This document shows, piece after piece, positions 18,374 through 19,402 of a DNA stretch of 19,402 nt. The position numbers and the translations under genes were made by a program. Source of the stretch: a virus (taxonomy: Duplodnaviria > Heunggongvirae > Uroviricota > Caudoviricetes); the IMG/VR virus record IMGVR_UViG_2690316269_000013, positions 1 to 19,402 of that record; one strand, given 5' to 3'. Within the stretch, counting starts at the first letter, position 1. Each line of letters starts with the position of its first letter. The notes beneath the pieces were generated by a model, which had not been told where the DNA came from, made no database searches, and saw nothing but the letters and a program-made list of their open reading frames with translations.

Positions 18374-18387
18374 AACCTTTCAAATAT
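18361..18387 (-). repeat. Right recombination (crossover) site for the DNA invertase
   Basis: Minus-strand reading ATATTTGAAAGG-TT-GGTTTGGGAGAAG. The inner half and centre match the left site exactly; the outer half is degenerate. Confidence 0.55.
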
Positions 18388-18414
18388 TTTTCTGAATCAG
18401 GTGATATTTCGCCT

Positions 18415-18441
18415 CTTCTCCTGTTTTTACAACAGGAGAAG
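18415..18441 (+). promoter_or_regulatory. Perfect 11-bp inverted repeat that would sequester the invertase ribosome-binding site
   Basis: CTTCTCCTGTT (18415-18425), loop TTTAC, AACAGGAGAAG (18431-18441). The right arm contains the AGGAGA Shine-Dalgarno 6 nt upstream of the invertase ATG (18447). Confidence 0.45.
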
Positions 18442-18446
18442 CACTC

Positions 18447-19010
18447 ATGATTTACGGGTATGTTCGTGTATCAACAAATCATCAGGATACAGAGTTGCAA
18501 CGTCTTGCACTTGAGTCAGCTGGCTGTGAGCGAATTTATGAAGAATATGCCAGTGGCAGAACAGCTAATCGCCCTGTGTTAAAGGAATTAATTACGGTGA
18601 TGAAAAGTGGAGATGAGTTGATTGTCTGGAAGTTAGATCGGATAGGGAGAAATGTGCTGCATGCGCTATTGATGTTTCAAAATCTGCACGAAAAAGGTGT
18701 TAATTTTCGGAGTATTACAGATGGCGTAGACCTGAAAACAGCAAGTGGTCGCTATAATTTTCGTAATATTCTTTCTGCTGCGCAGTATGAATCTGATTTG
18801 AATAGCGAGCGAACTTTAGCTGGTTTGGCTATTGCCAGATCCAAAGGCCGGATTGGTGGGCGTAGACCGAAGTTTAGCGACGAGCAGTGGCAACAGATGG
18901 GAGCGCTCATAGCGGCAGGGAAATCACGGCGTTATGTTGCACGTATCTATAACGTTGGGCTATCAACCCTATATAAACGATTTCCTGTTACTGGCATTCA
19001 AACGAAATAA
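18447..19010 (+). CDS. pin: Serine recombinase, DNA invertase (Pin/Gin/Hin/Cin family)
   Basis: 187 aa. N-terminus MIYGYVRVSTNHQDTELQ carries the catalytic-serine motif of resolvase/invertase enzymes. Core VWKLDRIGRN and C-terminal helix-turn-helix (…YNVGLSTLYKRF…) are as in Pin/Hin/Gin. Low G+C compared with the structural genes. Confidence 0.9.
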   Translation: MIYGYVRVSTNHQDTELQRLALESAGCERIYEEYASGRTANRPVLKELITVMKSGDELIVWKLDRIGRNVLHALLMFQNLHEKGVNFRSITDGVDLKTASGRYNFRNILSAAQYESDLNSERTLAGLAIARSKGRIGGRRPKFSDEQWQQMGALIAAGKSRRYVARIYNVGLSTLYKRFPVTGIQTK

Positions 19011-19050
19011 TTTAAAAGCAATTTAAAGAGTTATTTGTCTAATGTTGGAA

Positions 19051-19086
19051 GCCGCAGCCACGTCGTATGCAAGAACGTGCTGCGGC
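19051..19086. terminator. Imperfect hairpin between the convergent invertase and DinI-like genes; possible bidirectional terminator
   Basis: GCCGCAGCCACGT (19051-19063), loop, ACGTGCTGCGGC (19075-19086), one-base bulge, in an AT-rich context. No clean U-run on either strand. Confidence 0.3.
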
Positions 19087-19153
19087 TGGCTGGCGAACTT
19101 TCGATAGTGCGAGTATTGAATGATTTCCAGCCGTTACCGATTTTACGTGTTAA

Positions 19154-19402
19154 TTAGTGAACAAACCACTCGTCAGCAGATTCCCAGGTATCTTTCAGAG
19201 TCTCCTGAACAAAAGTTTTTGCAGAATCCTTATCTGCGGTGCGTGTAACAGAAAGGCCATCATTGCTGGTGGCTTTTACGATCACCTCTACATCGTCATA
19301 ACGTTTACTGATGCGTCGGGTTAATTCTTCCTTTAACGCATCCACAGCACCGGTTGGCATTTTAGTCATTTTTTCTTTGGCTATGCAGATTTCAATACGC
19401 AT
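19154..19402 (-). CDS. dinI: DinI-like protein (DNA damage-inducible protein I family)
   Basis: 82 aa on the minus strand: [82 protein letters not shown]. Size, MRIE start and acidic …[10 protein letters not shown]-terminal tail match my memory of DinI. The start codon is the last three bases of the window, so the promoter is not visible. Confidence 0.75.
   Translation of the reverse strand: MRIEICIAKEKMTKMPTGAVDALKEELTRRISKRYDDVEVIVKATSNDGLSVTRTADKDSAKTFVQETLKDTWESADEWFVH

Larger units (their letters stand above)
16531..18375. other. Invertible DNA segment (~1.8 kb) for tail-fibre host-range switching
   Basis: Bounded by inverted copies of TTGGTTTGGGAGAAG. Contains one fibre C-terminus plus chaperone on + and another on -. 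A serine invertase gene lies just outside the right boundary. Confidence 0.6.

Noticed and set aside
18109-18375. 88-aa minus-strand ORF overlapping the alternative fibre segment in another frame
   Set aside because: The frame that joins in phase to the crossover site and is followed 2 nt later by the chaperone gene is 18017-18373. This overlapping frame has no such support.
16242-18400. Possible diversity-generating retroelement acting on the tail fibre
   Set aside because: No reverse transcriptase gene and no template/variable repeat pair were seen. Variation here is explained by the invertase and inverted crossover sites.
1-19402. CRISPR arrays, tRNA or rRNA genes, insertion-sequence transposases
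   Set aside because: No regularly spaced direct repeats, no cloverleaf-like segments and no transposase-like ORFs were found by eye. The only inverted repeats are the invertase crossover sites and local hairpins.

Overview
This window reads as the late (structural) region of a temperate tailed phage or prophage, most likely in an Enterobacterales host (host is inferred from gene content only). Nearly all genes are on the + strand and tightly packed, often with ATGA/TAATG stop-start overlaps. The order is: terminase large subunit (5' end cut by the window), a small membrane protein, portal, HK97-type prohead protease, major capsid protein, head-tail joining genes, then a Mu-like contractile tail module (small DUF2635-like ORF, sheath, tube, frameshifted chaperone, tape measure, DNA-circulation protein, baseplate hub, spike, gp46-like, baseplate J, gp48/YmfQ-like), then tail fibre plus assembly chaperone. 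At the 3' end is a Pin/Gin/Hin-type invertible host-range cassette: a second, oppositely oriented fibre C-terminal segment and chaperone, a serine DNA invertase, and a convergent DinI-like gene. The layout resembles the e14 element of E. coli (YmfQ-Stf-Tfa-Tfa-Stf-Pin), but with an intact head module. The most unusual feature is a sharply AT-rich insertion between the tape-measure and DNA-circulation genes, encoding a signal-peptide-bearing protein I cannot assign to any family, with its own promoter-like and terminator-like signals. All family assignments rest on my recognition of the translated sequences and gene order; no database search was run. No rRNA, tRNA or CRISPR array was seen.
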